Assembly (NCBI GenBank): GCA_963817385.1
Contig: CAWFOM010000028.1
Location: 18,393 to 82,392 of the forward strand
Length of the DNA: 64,000 nucleotides
Direction of reading: 5' to 3'
Source: an uncultured delta proteobacterium
Lineage (GTDB): Bacteria > Desulfobacterota > Syntrophia > Syntrophales > UBA5619
The notes under the pieces are model-generated. The model was not told the DNA's origin. It ran no database searches and saw only the letters and a list, made by a program, of their open reading frames with translations. This document shows, one piece after another, positions 21,050-31,997 of this stretch. The position numbers and the translations under genes were made by a program. Position 1 is the stretch's first letter; the number at the start of each line of letters is the position of its first letter.

Positions 21050-21054
21050 TCCTG

Positions 21055-21181
21055 GCAGGCTGTTGAAAAACGCTCATCTGCTGCGTTGCGCGGCAAGCCT
21101 CATCGCTCGACGTATCTCCATATACGCCTCGCTCTGCGGTCTTTCGCACGCCTTGCATCTAACCGTTTTTGAACAGCCTGC
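21055..21181. mobile_element. MITE-like element (127 bp) with 17-bp terminal inverted repeats
   Basis: Left GCAGGCTGTTGAAAAAC; right end reverse complement GCAGGCTGTTCAAAAAC (16/17). No coding capacity. Confidence 0.7.
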
Positions 21182-21221
21182 AAACCGCGGTGCATTTCAA
21201 CACCCTTCTTATGGGGGCGGC

Positions 21222-21641
21222 ATGGAAGAGGGATTCATCGACAATCGCGCCGGAGAGGTTCCCTTTGCCGGAATCCTCGCGGACCTGCTGACGACGAACC
21301 TGACACAGCATCCCGAGAAGCAGGCGGTCTTCCGGCGCATGCGGGGAGTGGTGACCATCGATCTTGCGGATATCGAGACGGCAGTCACCCTTGTTTTCGA
21401 ACGGGGGAGGCTCCGGATCCAATCGGAGCTCTCCGCCTGTCCGGATCTTCTCATCCGGACGGCGTCCGAGCTGGTGATGGACTTGAACGCCCTCAGGATC
21501 GTCGGGGGGCTTCCCTGGTATTTTGACGAGGCGGGACGGAGGGTGGTCGCCCATCTGCTGACCGGCCGGCTGAAGATTGCGGGGATGTTTTCTCATCCGC
21601 TTCTGCTGACACGCTTGACAAATATCATGTCCGTCATGTAA
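21222..21641 (+). CDS. Hypothetical protein, possible SCP2-like fold
   Basis: AVTLVFERGRLRI...PDLLI...LLTGRLKIAG pattern. Confidence 0.6.
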   Translation: MEEGFIDNRAGEVPFAGILADLLTTNLTQHPEKQAVFRRMRGVVTIDLADIETAVTLVFERGRLRIQSELSACPDLLIRTASELVMDLNALRIVGGLPWYFDEAGRRVVAHLLTGRLKIAGMFSHPLLLTRLTNIMSVM

Positions 21642-21737
21642 GGGAAATCCGGTTACGTGCGGACAATGGGGCGGTACCTCTGCTCCCCGATGCGGGACGA
21701 ACCGGTTTCTATTGATCCGGGCAAGAAGGGACACCTG

Positions 21738-22330
21738 ATGCAGAACCCGCCGACCGTCTGCGGCAAATCATACGAAGAGTTCTATCACGCGATAGAGCGC
21801 TTCCACGGATGGAAGGCCCCCGGCGTGGTCATCGGGGGGTTCATGGTCGATTTGGCGCAGGAGCATATCGGCCCCGGCGTGGAAGCGGATGCGATCGTGG
21901 AGACCATCCACTGTCTGCCCGACGCAGTTCAGATCTTTACGCCGTGCACCTACGGCAATGGATGGATGAAGGTGATCGATTGGGACAAATTCGCCCTCAC
22001 CCTCTACGACAAGAAGACGCTGGAGGGTGCACGGGTCTGGCTCGACATCGAGAAGATCCGCCGCTTTCCCGATGTGTACAACTGGTATATGCGGTTGGTG
22101 CCGAAAGCCGATCTTCCCCTCGACGTCCTTCTGAAAAGCATCGAGGAGGCGGGGAGGCGACATGCTCTCCTGCGCTCCCGTGCGGGTCATCCGGTACCAG
22201 GGAAAACTCAAGAAGGGGAGGATCGAGATCTGTTCCCAATGCGGTGAAGCGTATCCCGCCAGCCAGGGCGACCGGTGCCTCTCCTGCCAGGGAAAGGGTT
22301 ATTACGAATTTTGCACCTCCCCGGATAGCG
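21738..22330 (+). CDS. FmdE family protein with C-terminal zinc finger (frameshifted; end approximate)
   Basis: FHGWKAPGVVIG, CLPDAVQIFTPCTYGN; CSQCGE...CLSC. Confidence 0.8.
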
Positions 22331-22412
22331 GATTTCTTCGGGGAAAACGGATCAGTCCCGACCGGGACGTTCTCGTTCGCTACCGGGAAAACCGGGGCGA
22401 TCTATCCTTCTT

Positions 22413-23270
22413 TCAGTCCGTCCGGAGGATATCGAGGAGCTCCCCGCCGAAACGGTGCACCTTCTCGGGAGTCAGGAGGCCCGCGCCCGCCATGGCGTCG
22501 AGGGAGGCATTCTCCAGCCGTGAGAGACCGACGAGGTGCTGATCGGGGAGGATCATGAAGGGGGCGCGGTTGGTCTCCTGCGCCTTTTCGAAGCGCCAGC
22601 GAAAGAGCTCCCGGAGGCGCTCCTTCTGCCCGGAGGTCAGCGTCGAGTATCCCGGGAGCCTCCGGTGCGCCAGACGGTCAAGGATTTTGGGCTGCCAGAT
22701 GACGGCCGTCATCCCGACGAAGAGCTGCTCGGCCTCTTTTTCCCTCCCTTTTTCATGGAGCTCCCGGTCGAGCCTCAGGGAGAGGTCGAGCAGATGGGCG
22801 GTATCGAGGGCGGCGTAGTCGAGTTGCTCCTGGGTGAGGGGGCGAAGATCCCACCGGGAACGCTGCATCTTCTTCACCAGGGTGACGCCGAGGTAGGACT
22901 CAAGAAGCTTGCCGAGGGCGAGTTGGCGACAGCCGATCAGCGAAGCGGCGCGGTGCGTGTCGAAGATATTCCGGAAGGCGAAGGCGTAGTCCCGCTTGAG
23001 GATGCGGATATCGTTATCGCCGGCGTGGAGGATCTTGAGGACATCGGGATCGTTCAGGACATCGCCCAGGAAGGAGATATCGAGGCCTGCCAGCGGATCG
23101 ATCAGCCAGGTCTTCTCCCCGGTCTGGACCTGGATGAGACAGAGCATGTCACGAAAATAGCGAAAGGAATCGTACTCCGTGTCGAGGGCGATAATCCCGG
23201 CGGCGCGGATCGACCTTTCGGCCTCTGCCAGGTCCGACGGCGTTTCAACGAGTGTCCAGCGGCGTTTCAT
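22413..23270 (-). CDS. rnd: Ribonuclease D-like 3'-5' exonuclease with HRDC domain
   Basis: ALDTE, LCLIQV, KILHAGDND, FDT, W..RPLT..QLDYAALD, HRDC (WRF..A...NRAPFMIL.D). Confidence 0.85.
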   Translation of the reverse strand: MKRRWTLVETPSDLAEAERSIRAAGIIALDTEYDSFRYFRDMLCLIQVQTGEKTWLIDPLAGLDISFLGDVLNDPDVLKILHAGDNDIRILKRDYAFAFRNIFDTHRAASLIGCRQLALGKLLESYLGVTLVKKMQRSRWDLRPLTQEQLDYAALDTAHLLDLSLRLDRELHEKGREKEAEQLFVGMTAVIWQPKILDRLAHRRLPGYSTLTSGQKERLRELFRWRFEKAQETNRAPFMILPDQHLVGLSRLENASLDAMAGAGLLTPEKVHRFGGELLDILRTD

Positions 23271-24059
23271 GCAATAATCCTCAGTCCGAAGTTCATCAGT
23301 ATCAGGGCAGTCATGACGGCAAAAGCGGCGGCGTCCGTTCCGGTCAGCTTCAGTTCGCGAAGGGTGGTCCGCGGCCCCCGCCGGTAGCCCCTCGCCTCCA
23401 TCGCCAGGGTGAGCTCGTCGGCGCGGCGGAAGGCGGAAAAGAGAAGCGCAACGGCGAGCGACGTGACGGCCCGCATCCGGAGCCGAACGCCTCCGGTTGT
23501 GAAATCGGCCCCCCGCGCCATCTGCGCTATCCGGAGCCGGTCGTACTCTTCCAGGAGGATCGGCACGAAGCGAAACGCCAGGGCGATCATCACGGCGATC
23601 TCCTGGGAAGGTATTCCCACCCGCGCAAGCGGCCGGAGCAGCCGTTCGATCCCCCCGACCAGATCGGAGGGGAGGGTGGTCATCGTGAGAATGGCGGCGC
23701 CGATCACGAGAGCGGCGAACTGCCATGTCACCTGGGCCGCCTGGAGCGATCCCCTCCCGGGTGATCGCAAGCGGGAGGGGCGAAAGCGCGAGGAGCGGCG
23801 TCCCTTCGGTTCCCAGCAGGTGCATGAGGAAGATCAGCGCCATGAAGACCGCGACCGGTCTGAGCGCCGCCGCCGTCTGCGCAAGCGTCAGCCGGGCGGT
23901 GCGGATGACCGCAGCCAGAAAGAGGCTGATGAGCGCAATCCCCGCCGGCGTCGCCGCGAAGATCAGGAGACTCAACGCCATGACCGCGCCGATCTTCACC
24001 CGCGGATCGAGCCGGTGGAGGAGCGTATCCCCCGGCAGGTACTGACCAAGGGTAATCAT
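23267..24059 (-). CDS. ecfT: ECF transporter transmembrane component T (frameshifted)
   Basis: LGQY..GDT.LHRLDPRVK, RFVP, AQMARG, AMEARG. Confidence 0.9.
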
Positions 24060-24828
24060 GATGCCCTCGCAGGAATCCGGCGATACTGCCGATCAATCAC
24101 GACAAACCCTCCGCACGGCAATCAAGGCCGATGGCCCGGAGGCAATCGGGACGGCCGAAAACCTCCCCCGGCGTTCCCTCGGTCAGGATGCCGCCCCGGT
24201 CCATCACCACGATCCGGTCCGCACCGGCGACATCCCGCATGATCGTGGGCGATGTGGATGATCGCCATCCCCTCCCGGTGCAGTCTCCCGATGATCTCCA
24301 GCACCCGCTGCCTTCCCGCGGATCGAGGTAGGCCGTCGGTTCGTCGAAGGCGATGTAGCGGGGGGCCATCGCGAGCACCCCGGCGATGGAAAGGAGGCGC
24401 TTCTCGCCGCCGGAGAGGGTATGGGGGGGGCGCTTCTCGACTCCTGACAGCCCGACCATCGCGAGACAGTCGTCGACTCGCCGGCGAATCTCCGCCGCGG
24501 GCAGGGCGAGGTTGCCCGGACCGAAGGCCACGTCCTCCTCGACGGTCATTCCCACGATCTGGCTGTCCGGGTTCTGGAAGACCATCCCGACCCGCCGCCG
24601 GATCTCCCGGACGGAGGCGTTGTCGGTCGTGATCATCCCGTCCACCCGCACCGAGCCCGCCGTGGGAAACAGGAGGGCGTTGAGGTGCTTGATCAGTGTT
24701 GTCTTGCCGCAGCCGTTCGGGCCGATCAGGGCGGTATGCGTCCCCTCCCCGATCGTGAGGGTGATCCCTCTGAGGATCTCGGGGGTCTCCTCATCGTAGC
24801 GGTAGACAAGGTCTTCGACACGGATCAT
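24056..24828 (-). CDS. ecfA: ECF transporter ATPase (frameshifted)
   Basis: GPNGCGKTT, VFQNPDSQ, VAFGP.N, LSGGE, DEPTAYLD. Confidence 0.9.
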
Positions 24829-25151
24829 CGGGGCTTCTCGTCGGACTGAACCCGGTACTGAAACGCGGTAAGCGTTCCCGAATGGGAAGCAAAGGCCCTG
24901 CCGCGGAGGGATGTCTGTTCGGTATTCATCGTTTCTCGTATGCCTTTCACGCTCCCCCACGGGGAGACTGGGGGCGTATTCTTTTCAATTTCTCTTTCCG
25001 GTCCTTACCGGCCGGCCGAACGAGGATACTCATACTGCGCTTCTTCAAGAAATTCAACATATTTTGCGCCACCGAAGACGGCCCGCCGTCTCTTCTCCCG
25101 GCCGGCCGGTCGACAGGGTAACATATCAGCGAAGATTATCATGAATAGATC

Positions 25152-25180
25152 TTGACAATGAGAAAAATATAACTATTATG
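25152..25180 (+). promoter_or_regulatory. sigma70-like promoter
   Basis: TTGACA followed 16 nt later by TATTAT, in an AT-rich patch upstream of the lipoprotein gene. Confidence 0.5.
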
Positions 25181-25239
25181 AATGCCTAAACGAGGGGTTG
25201 TCCCTCAGTTCCTAATTCCTGAAAGGAGGAGGTACACAC

Positions 25240-25449
25240 ATGAAGAAAGTATTAGCTGTTATTTTTTCCCTGTTTTTCTTCGCGGCATTATCTTTTGCAG
25301 TTGTAGGGTGCAAGAAGGCCGAAGAGCAGAAACCGGCTGAGGCGCCCAAGGCGGCTGAGGCTCCGGCTCCTGCCGCGGCTCCCGCACCGGCTCCCGCGCC
25401 CGCTCCGGCTCCTGCTCCGGCGGCACCGGCACCGGCACCGGCCAAGTAA
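25240..25449 (+). CDS. Small Ala/Pro-rich lipoprotein
   Basis: Lipobox VVGC after a hydrophobic signal, (AP)n tail, AAAGGAGG RBS. Confidence 0.85.
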   Translation: MKKVLAVIFSLFFFAALSFAVVGCKKAEEQKPAEAPKAAEAPAPAAAPAPAPAPAPAPAPAAPAPAPAK

Positions 25450-25478
25450 TTTACCCGTCACCATAGCCACGAAGAGAG

Positions 25479-25518
25479 AACCGGCCGAACGTGTTTCATA
25501 CCGTTCGGCCGGTTTTTT
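25479..25518 (+). terminator. Intrinsic terminator
   Basis: aaccggccgaacg...cgttcggccggtttttt. Confidence 0.85.
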
Positions 25519-25577
25519 GCGACTTTTTCAACATGCGGTCAGGGCGGTTTTTGACCGCTCTTTCCACGAAGCAGCAA

Positions 25578-26363
25578 TCATTTGATCAGGCGTTTGCGCA
25601 TCTTGCGGATCGCGAGCGGAAAGGCAGCCGCGGCGAAGGCGGCCAGGTAGGCCGTTCCCGCAAGGAGCGAGGCGTCGATGCGGCCGCAGCTGAAGGCCCG
25701 GGAGAGATCGACCAGGTGGGTGAGCGGCATGAGCGCTGCCGTCCGTTGCGCCCAGCCGGGGAGGTTCTCGAGGGGGAAGAAGGTCCCGCCGAAGAGGAAC
25801 ATCGGCGTGACGAAGAGAAAGACCGGCAGGTTGAACAGTTCGATGTTCGGCACGAGCGCCGTGCAGACCATCCCCGCCGCGCCGAAGGCGAGGCCCCCGA
25901 GGAAGGCCAGCGGCAGCAGGAGCAGCCCCTCCGGGTAGCGGATGAGGCCGAAGCAGCTGATCACGACCATCATGATCGCCGTTGCGATCAGGGCCTTGGT
26001 CGCCCCCCAGATGATCTCGCCGGTGATGATCTCCTCCACGGTGAGCGGCGTCGCCATCATCGCGTCGAAGGTCTTCTGGTAGTACATCCGGACGAAGGAA
26101 TTGTAGGTGTTTTCGAAGAAGGCGCTGTTCATGACGGTGATCGCGATGAGCGCCGGGGCGATGAACGCGACGTAGGAGATCTCCTGCCCCTGATACGCGG
26201 ATGTTTCCCACCAGCCGCTCAGGCCGAGGCCGAAGGCCAGGATGTAGAAGAGGGGCTCCAGCAGCGGCGGGATGAAGCTGATCTTCCAGCTCTGCCGGTA
26301 GACGGTCAGGTTCCGCTGCCAGACCCGGATAAACCGGCGGGAGATCGGCGGATAGAGTTTCAT
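25578..26363 (-). CDS. ABC-2 exporter permease (NodJ-like; frameshifted)
   Basis: VWQRN...LEPLFY, FIAPAL, YYQKTFDAM, PMFLFGGTFFP. Confidence 0.85.
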   Translation of the reverse strand: MKLYPPISRRFIRVWQRNLTVYRQSWKISFIPPLLEPLFYILAFGLGLSGWWETSAYQGQEISYVAFIAPALIAITVMNSAFFENTYNSFVRMYYQKTFDAMMATPLTVEEIITGEIIWGATKALIATAIMMVVISCFGLIRYPEGLLLLPLAFLGGLAFGAAGMVCTALVPNIELFNLPVFLFVTPMFLFGGTFFPLENLPGWAQRTAALMPLTHLVDLSRAFSCGRIDASLLAGTAYLAAFAAAAFPLAIRKMRKRLIK

Positions 26364-27271
26364 TCTCGCAGGTCCCTTCCCGTCAGGCGGAGGAACACAT
26401 CCTCCAGCGTCGCCATCCGCATGATGCACCCTCCGGCGCAGAAGCGATCGCTGATCTCCCGGTAGAGGGCGCTTCCGTCCTCCACGGAGACGATCAGCCG
26501 GTGGCCGAAGTTCTCGAACTGCACCCCCCTTTCGCGGAGAAAGTCGGTCAGGCCGTCGGCGGGATCCGCCACCTCGATCACATGGCGGCCGACGTGGCGG
26601 CGGACCAGTTCGGCCGGTTTCCCCTCGACGAGAAGGCGCCCCCCGTCCACGATGATCAGCCGGTCGCAGAGGCGGGAGGCCTCGTCCATGTTGTGGGTCG
26701 TGAGCAGGATGGAAAGCCCGTCCGCCCGGAGCTCCTCCAGGCGCTCCCAGACCTGATGGCGCGACTGGGGGTCGAGGCCGGTCGTCGGTTCGTCGAGGAT
26801 CAGGAGCTCCGGCCGGTTGAGGAGCGCGCGGGCCATGACGAGACGCCGGATCATCCCGCCGGAGAGGTCGACCGTCCGGGCATCTCCCCGGTGGTCGAGG
26901 GCCATGAATTGCAGGAGCTCGCCGGCACGGCGCGTCGCCTCGGCCGCGGGGATGTTGAAGTAGCGGGCGAAGACGTCGAGGTTCTGGAAGACGGTCAGGT
27001 CCGGATCGATGTTGTTCTCCTGCTGGCAGACGCCGATCCGGGACTTCACGGCGCGCGTCTCCCGGGTGATGTCGAGGCCGAAGACCCTGAGCGTTCCCGC
27101 CGTGGGCGGGGAGAAGGCGTAGACCATCCGGATCGTGGAGGTCTTTCCCGCCCCGTTGGGACCGAGGATTCCGAAGCACTCGCCGGCGGCGACCGAAAAG
27201 GAGAGGTCGTCGACGGCGACGAGCTCTCCGAAGGTCTTGCGGAGATGCTCCGCTTCGATGACCGCGTTCAC
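26360..27271 (-). CDS. ABC exporter ATP-binding protein (NodI-like)
   Basis: GPNGAGKT, LSGGM, DEPTTGLDPQSR, TLEDVFLRLTGR. Confidence 0.92.
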   Translation of the reverse strand: MNAVIEAEHLRKTFGELVAVDDLSFSVAAGECFGILGPNGAGKTSTIRMVYAFSPPTAGTLRVFGLDITRETRAVKSRIGVCQQENNIDPDLTVFQNLDVFARYFNIPAAEATRRAGELLQFMALDHRGDARTVDLSGGMIRRLVMARALLNRPELLILDEPTTGLDPQSRHQVWERLEELRADGLSILLTTHNMDEASRLCDRLIIVDGGRLLVEGKPAELVRRHVGRHVIEVADPADGLTDFLRERGVQFENFGHRLIVSVEDGSALYREISDRFCAGGCIMRMATLEDVFLRLTGRDLRE

Positions 27272-28706
27272 CGGGCCTCCGCCTTCCGTTTGCGAGATAG
27301 GGGATCGCGTAGGGCCCTTCCCGGATGAAGGCGACCGAGGGTTCGATCCCCTTCTTCCGGTAATCGGCCACGGCGAAACGGAGGGCGTTTTCGACCATCT
27401 CCCGGACCGCCCGGGCGGGGCGGTGCTCCGTTTCCGCGTCCAGAAAGTCGAGGCCGCAGCGGCCCGGGATCAGGCAGTACTCCTCCCGCGGGATCGTGTG
27501 CGTGCAGTAGACGAAATCCTTGTCGTCGATCTTCCGGAAGACCTTTGCCCACATCTCCGGCTCCCACTGGTCCTTGGTGAAGCGCCAGCCGGGCGCCTCG
27601 ATCATCTGCAGGTAGTGGTCCTCCCCCTGGATCTTGAGCATGTGGAGGAGGCTCCGGTATTCCGGCCCGCCGATCGGCTCCTCGTCGCGGTTGTCGGTGG
27701 CGACGATCAGGATTCCCCCTTTGCGGATCGCCGGGAGGGCGTTGTGGGCGGCCTTCACCGCCTGGTAGTGGTTCCGGCCGACATAGCCGCCGTGGGTGAG
27801 GATGATGTCGTACTCCCGCTCCACCGGGACGGAGACGTAGTCCCGGACGAGGTCGCCGCCGCCTCGTGGGCCGCCTCGAGATCCCCGGCGAAGACGCCGG
27901 TCAGGCGCATGTCCCGGTCGAGGGTCGCGTTCACGATGAAATCGACGCCCACCGTCCGGGCGATCGCGAGGGACTCCTCGTGGCAGGGGTTCCCCTCGAG
28001 GATCAGGTTCTGCGCCAGCGGGGATTCGAGAAAGGCGGGGCTGTGGAACTTCTCGATGGTTCGCTTGTCGACGAGGCCCGGGCAGATCGCCTTCCGCCCG
28101 CCGGAGAGCCCCGCCATGAAGTGGCTCTCGACGAGGCCCGTGGCGATCCGGAGATCGGCCCGGTAGAAGGCGCTGTTCACGAAGACATCGCCGCCGGTCG
28201 CGCTCTTGCCGATGAAGGTGAGCGATGCGAGGTCCTCGCAGTCGTGGTCGATCACCGGGTAGTCCCGGAGGATCTCCTCGCCGAACATCTCGACCCGCTC
28301 CGCCGGGGTGCTCGGCCGGTGCATCCCGTTGCCGATGACGATCGTGATGTTTCCGGGGAGATCCCCGCCGCCTCCAGGCGGTTCAGGAGCGGCCGGAGGA
28401 GGCCGTTTTCCCCGCGGTAGGGGACGGGTCGGGTGATGTCGGAGACGGTCACCGCGGCGGTGAGTTCCGCCGCCGGTTTCCCCTTGGTCCGGATGATCTC
28501 CGCAAGCGGCGGGCAACCGATCGGATGCGAGAGGGCCTCCTCGAAGGCGGCCCGCGGGATCGGAAAGGATCGGGATCTCCTTCATCGCAGGATGTCGCAG
28601 TTCGGAGGGACGCGGACAAGCCGGATCTCCCGGCCGTATTCGACGGGGATCTCTTTCCAGTCTGTGGTGTCGGTTTCCTGGAGCGACGGCGTGTATCGGG
28701 ATGCAT
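27268..28706 (-). CDS. LarA (nickel-pincer lactate racemase) family protein; frameshifted
   Basis: VSDITRP, GNGMHR, HFMAGLSGGRKAICPG, GNPCH, YQAVKA, DQWE. Confidence 0.85.
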
Positions 28707-28945
28707 GGCAGTCTCCTCTTCCCGGATCAGGTGCCGAAGAATCTACCCGGAAGGGAGGAGCCTGTCAAGGCCGAAGTGTCGCTCGAACGCCTGCGCAAGT
28801 GGCCGTTGCAATTCGAGGTGTTCGGTAGTGCATCTTCAGCTTTGCGGTGAATGTGGACTTTTGAGCAGGAGCTGTCAATCAGCCGTTGCAATTCCCGGAT
28901 TGTTGCGATATGAACGCAGTGCAGCTATTCCATTATGAGGCGACT

Positions 28946-30562
28946 ATGAAAGTAAGATTTATGGGTGCGGCAAGGACGGTGACCGGCTCCTGTTACATCC
29001 TGGAGGCCGGCCGGCCATCGGTTTGCGATCGACTGCGGGATGCATCAGGGCAACGCGGAGATCGACAAGCGCAACTGGGACGTCGAGATCTACGATCCCC
29101 ACGGGATCGAATTCATGCTGATGACGCACGCCCACATGGACCATTCCGGGCTCCTCCCCCGTCTCGTCCAGAAGGGGTTCCACGGCAAGGTCTACATGAC
29201 CCCGCCGACCGAGGATCTCCTCCGGATCATGCTCCTCGACAGCGCCCACATCCAGGAGATGGAGGCGCAGTGGAAGAGCCGCAAGCGGCTCCGCCACGGG
29301 GATGCGGACGACGTCATCCCCCTCTATACGCAGAAGGACGCGATGGCCACCTTTCCCCTCTTTTCGACCGTGACCTACGGCGAGACCTTCTCGCCGTTCC
29401 CCGGGCTCACCGTGACCTTCCGGGACGCGGGCCACATCCTCGGCGCGGCGATGGTGGAGCTCGCCGTCACGGAGGACGGGCAAGACGAGCCGGGTCGTCT
29501 TCTCCGGCGACATCGGCCGGCCGGCGCAGCTCCTGATGCAGGATCCGACGGTGATCGACGAGGCCGATTTCCTCTTCATGGAGTCGACCTACGGGAACCG
29601 GAACCACAAGGACGAGACAGGACAGCCTGAACGAACTCGCCGAGGCGATCGCCTACAGCTACGCCCGGGGCGAAAAGGTGATCATCCCCGCCTTCGCCGT
29701 GGAGCGGACCCAGGAGATGATCTATTCCCTCCACCTGCTTGGCGAAGGACGGCCGCCTGCCCGCGGACATGCCCGTCTTCGTGGACAGCCCGCTCGCCAT
29801 CCAGGCGACGGAGATCTTCCGGAAATACCGGGATTATATGGATGCGGAGACGAAGCGCCTCCTCGCCGAACGGCGAGGATCCCCTGACGCTTCCCCAGCT
29901 CCGCTACACCCTCTCGACGCAGGAGTCGATGGAGATCAACAACGTCCAGCGGACCGGCGGTCGTCATCTCCGCGAGCGGCATGGCCGATGCCGGGCCGGA
30001 TCAAGCACCACCTCCGCCACAACCTCTGGCGCGAGGGGGCGAGCGTCGTCTTCGTCGGCTTTCAGGCGCAGGGGACGACGGGCCGGAAGATCGTCGACGG
30101 CGCAAAGAAGGTCCGCATCTTCAACGAGGAGGTTGCCGTCCGGGCGAAGATCTTCACGATCAACGGCTTCTCCGCCCACGCGGGGCAGAGCCAGCTTCTC
30201 GACTGGCTCGGCCACTTCAAGACAGAAGGGATGCGGCTCTTCCTGATCCACGGCGAGTACACCGCCCAGCAGGAGCTGGCCGGACTCATCCGGAGCCGCT
30301 TCGGTATCGAGGTCTCGATTCCCGACTATCTCGAAGAGGTCACGCTGGCGCCGGGCCGCGAACTTGCGCGCGTGGCGTATCCCGAGAAGGCGGCGCCGCG
30401 GATCGACTGGGGTTTCCTCATCGCCGACATGGAGACGAGACTCGCCCAGCTCAAGGAGCGCCGGGACCGGTGGAGGCGAAGGCCTGGGTGGAGCAGACCG
30501 AGCTCCGCGACCGTCTGCTCGAGGTGAACCGGAGCATGGCCGGGATCATCTCGGAGATCTGA
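28946..30562 (+). CDS. MBL-fold / beta-CASP ribonuclease; several frameshifts
   Basis: GAARTVTGSC, THAHMDHSG, AGHILG, MESTYG, PAFAVER, GFSAHA, HGE. Confidence 0.9.
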
Positions 30563-30567
30563 CCTGT

Positions 30568-31703
<1,136 letters not shown>

Positions 31704-31825
31704 GACCTGCAAGGGCGTCGCCTCTTTCCACGGGGGCGGAAGAACAGCCGCCGGCCGGGTCGGATCACGGTTGCTTGCAGGCGGGCGGTGGGAAGAACGA
31801 TCCGCCGGATATGAAAGGACAATCC

Positions 31826-31919
31826 GGAGAGATACCGAAGTGGTCGTAACGGGATCGACTCGAAATCGATTTGGGGGCCAAAAGCCCTCACGGGGGTTCG
31901 AATCCCCCTCTCTCCGCCA
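31826..31919 (+). tRNA. tRNA-Ser(CGA)
   Basis: GGAGAGA acceptor, anticodon arm atcga-ctCGAaa-tcgat, long variable arm, GGTTCGAATCC, encoded CCA. Confidence 0.95.
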
Positions 31920-31928
31920 GATGGGACA

Positions 31929-31959
31929 GGGCGTTCGGCAGCGGCCGAACGCCCTTCTT
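31929..31959. terminator. Hairpin after tRNA-Ser
   Basis: ggcgttcggc-agcg-gccgaacgcc followed by cttctt. Confidence 0.6.
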
Positions 31960-31997
31960 GCTCAGATCCGGAGCGTGAACGCGCCGGTTGGCCCTGC

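Noticed and set aside
22413..24059. 548-aa EcfT-RNase D fusion
   Set aside because: The middle part is an off-frame reading of ecfT, whose real C-terminus is in ORF 23267-23770.
25578..27824. 748-aa LarA-permease fusion
   Set aside because: It reads off-frame across the intact ATPase gene 26360-27271 and is produced by indels.
31826..31919. tRNA-Sec, suggested by the long variable arm
   Set aside because: The anticodon is CGA and the acceptor stem is a normal 7 bp, so it is tRNA-Ser.
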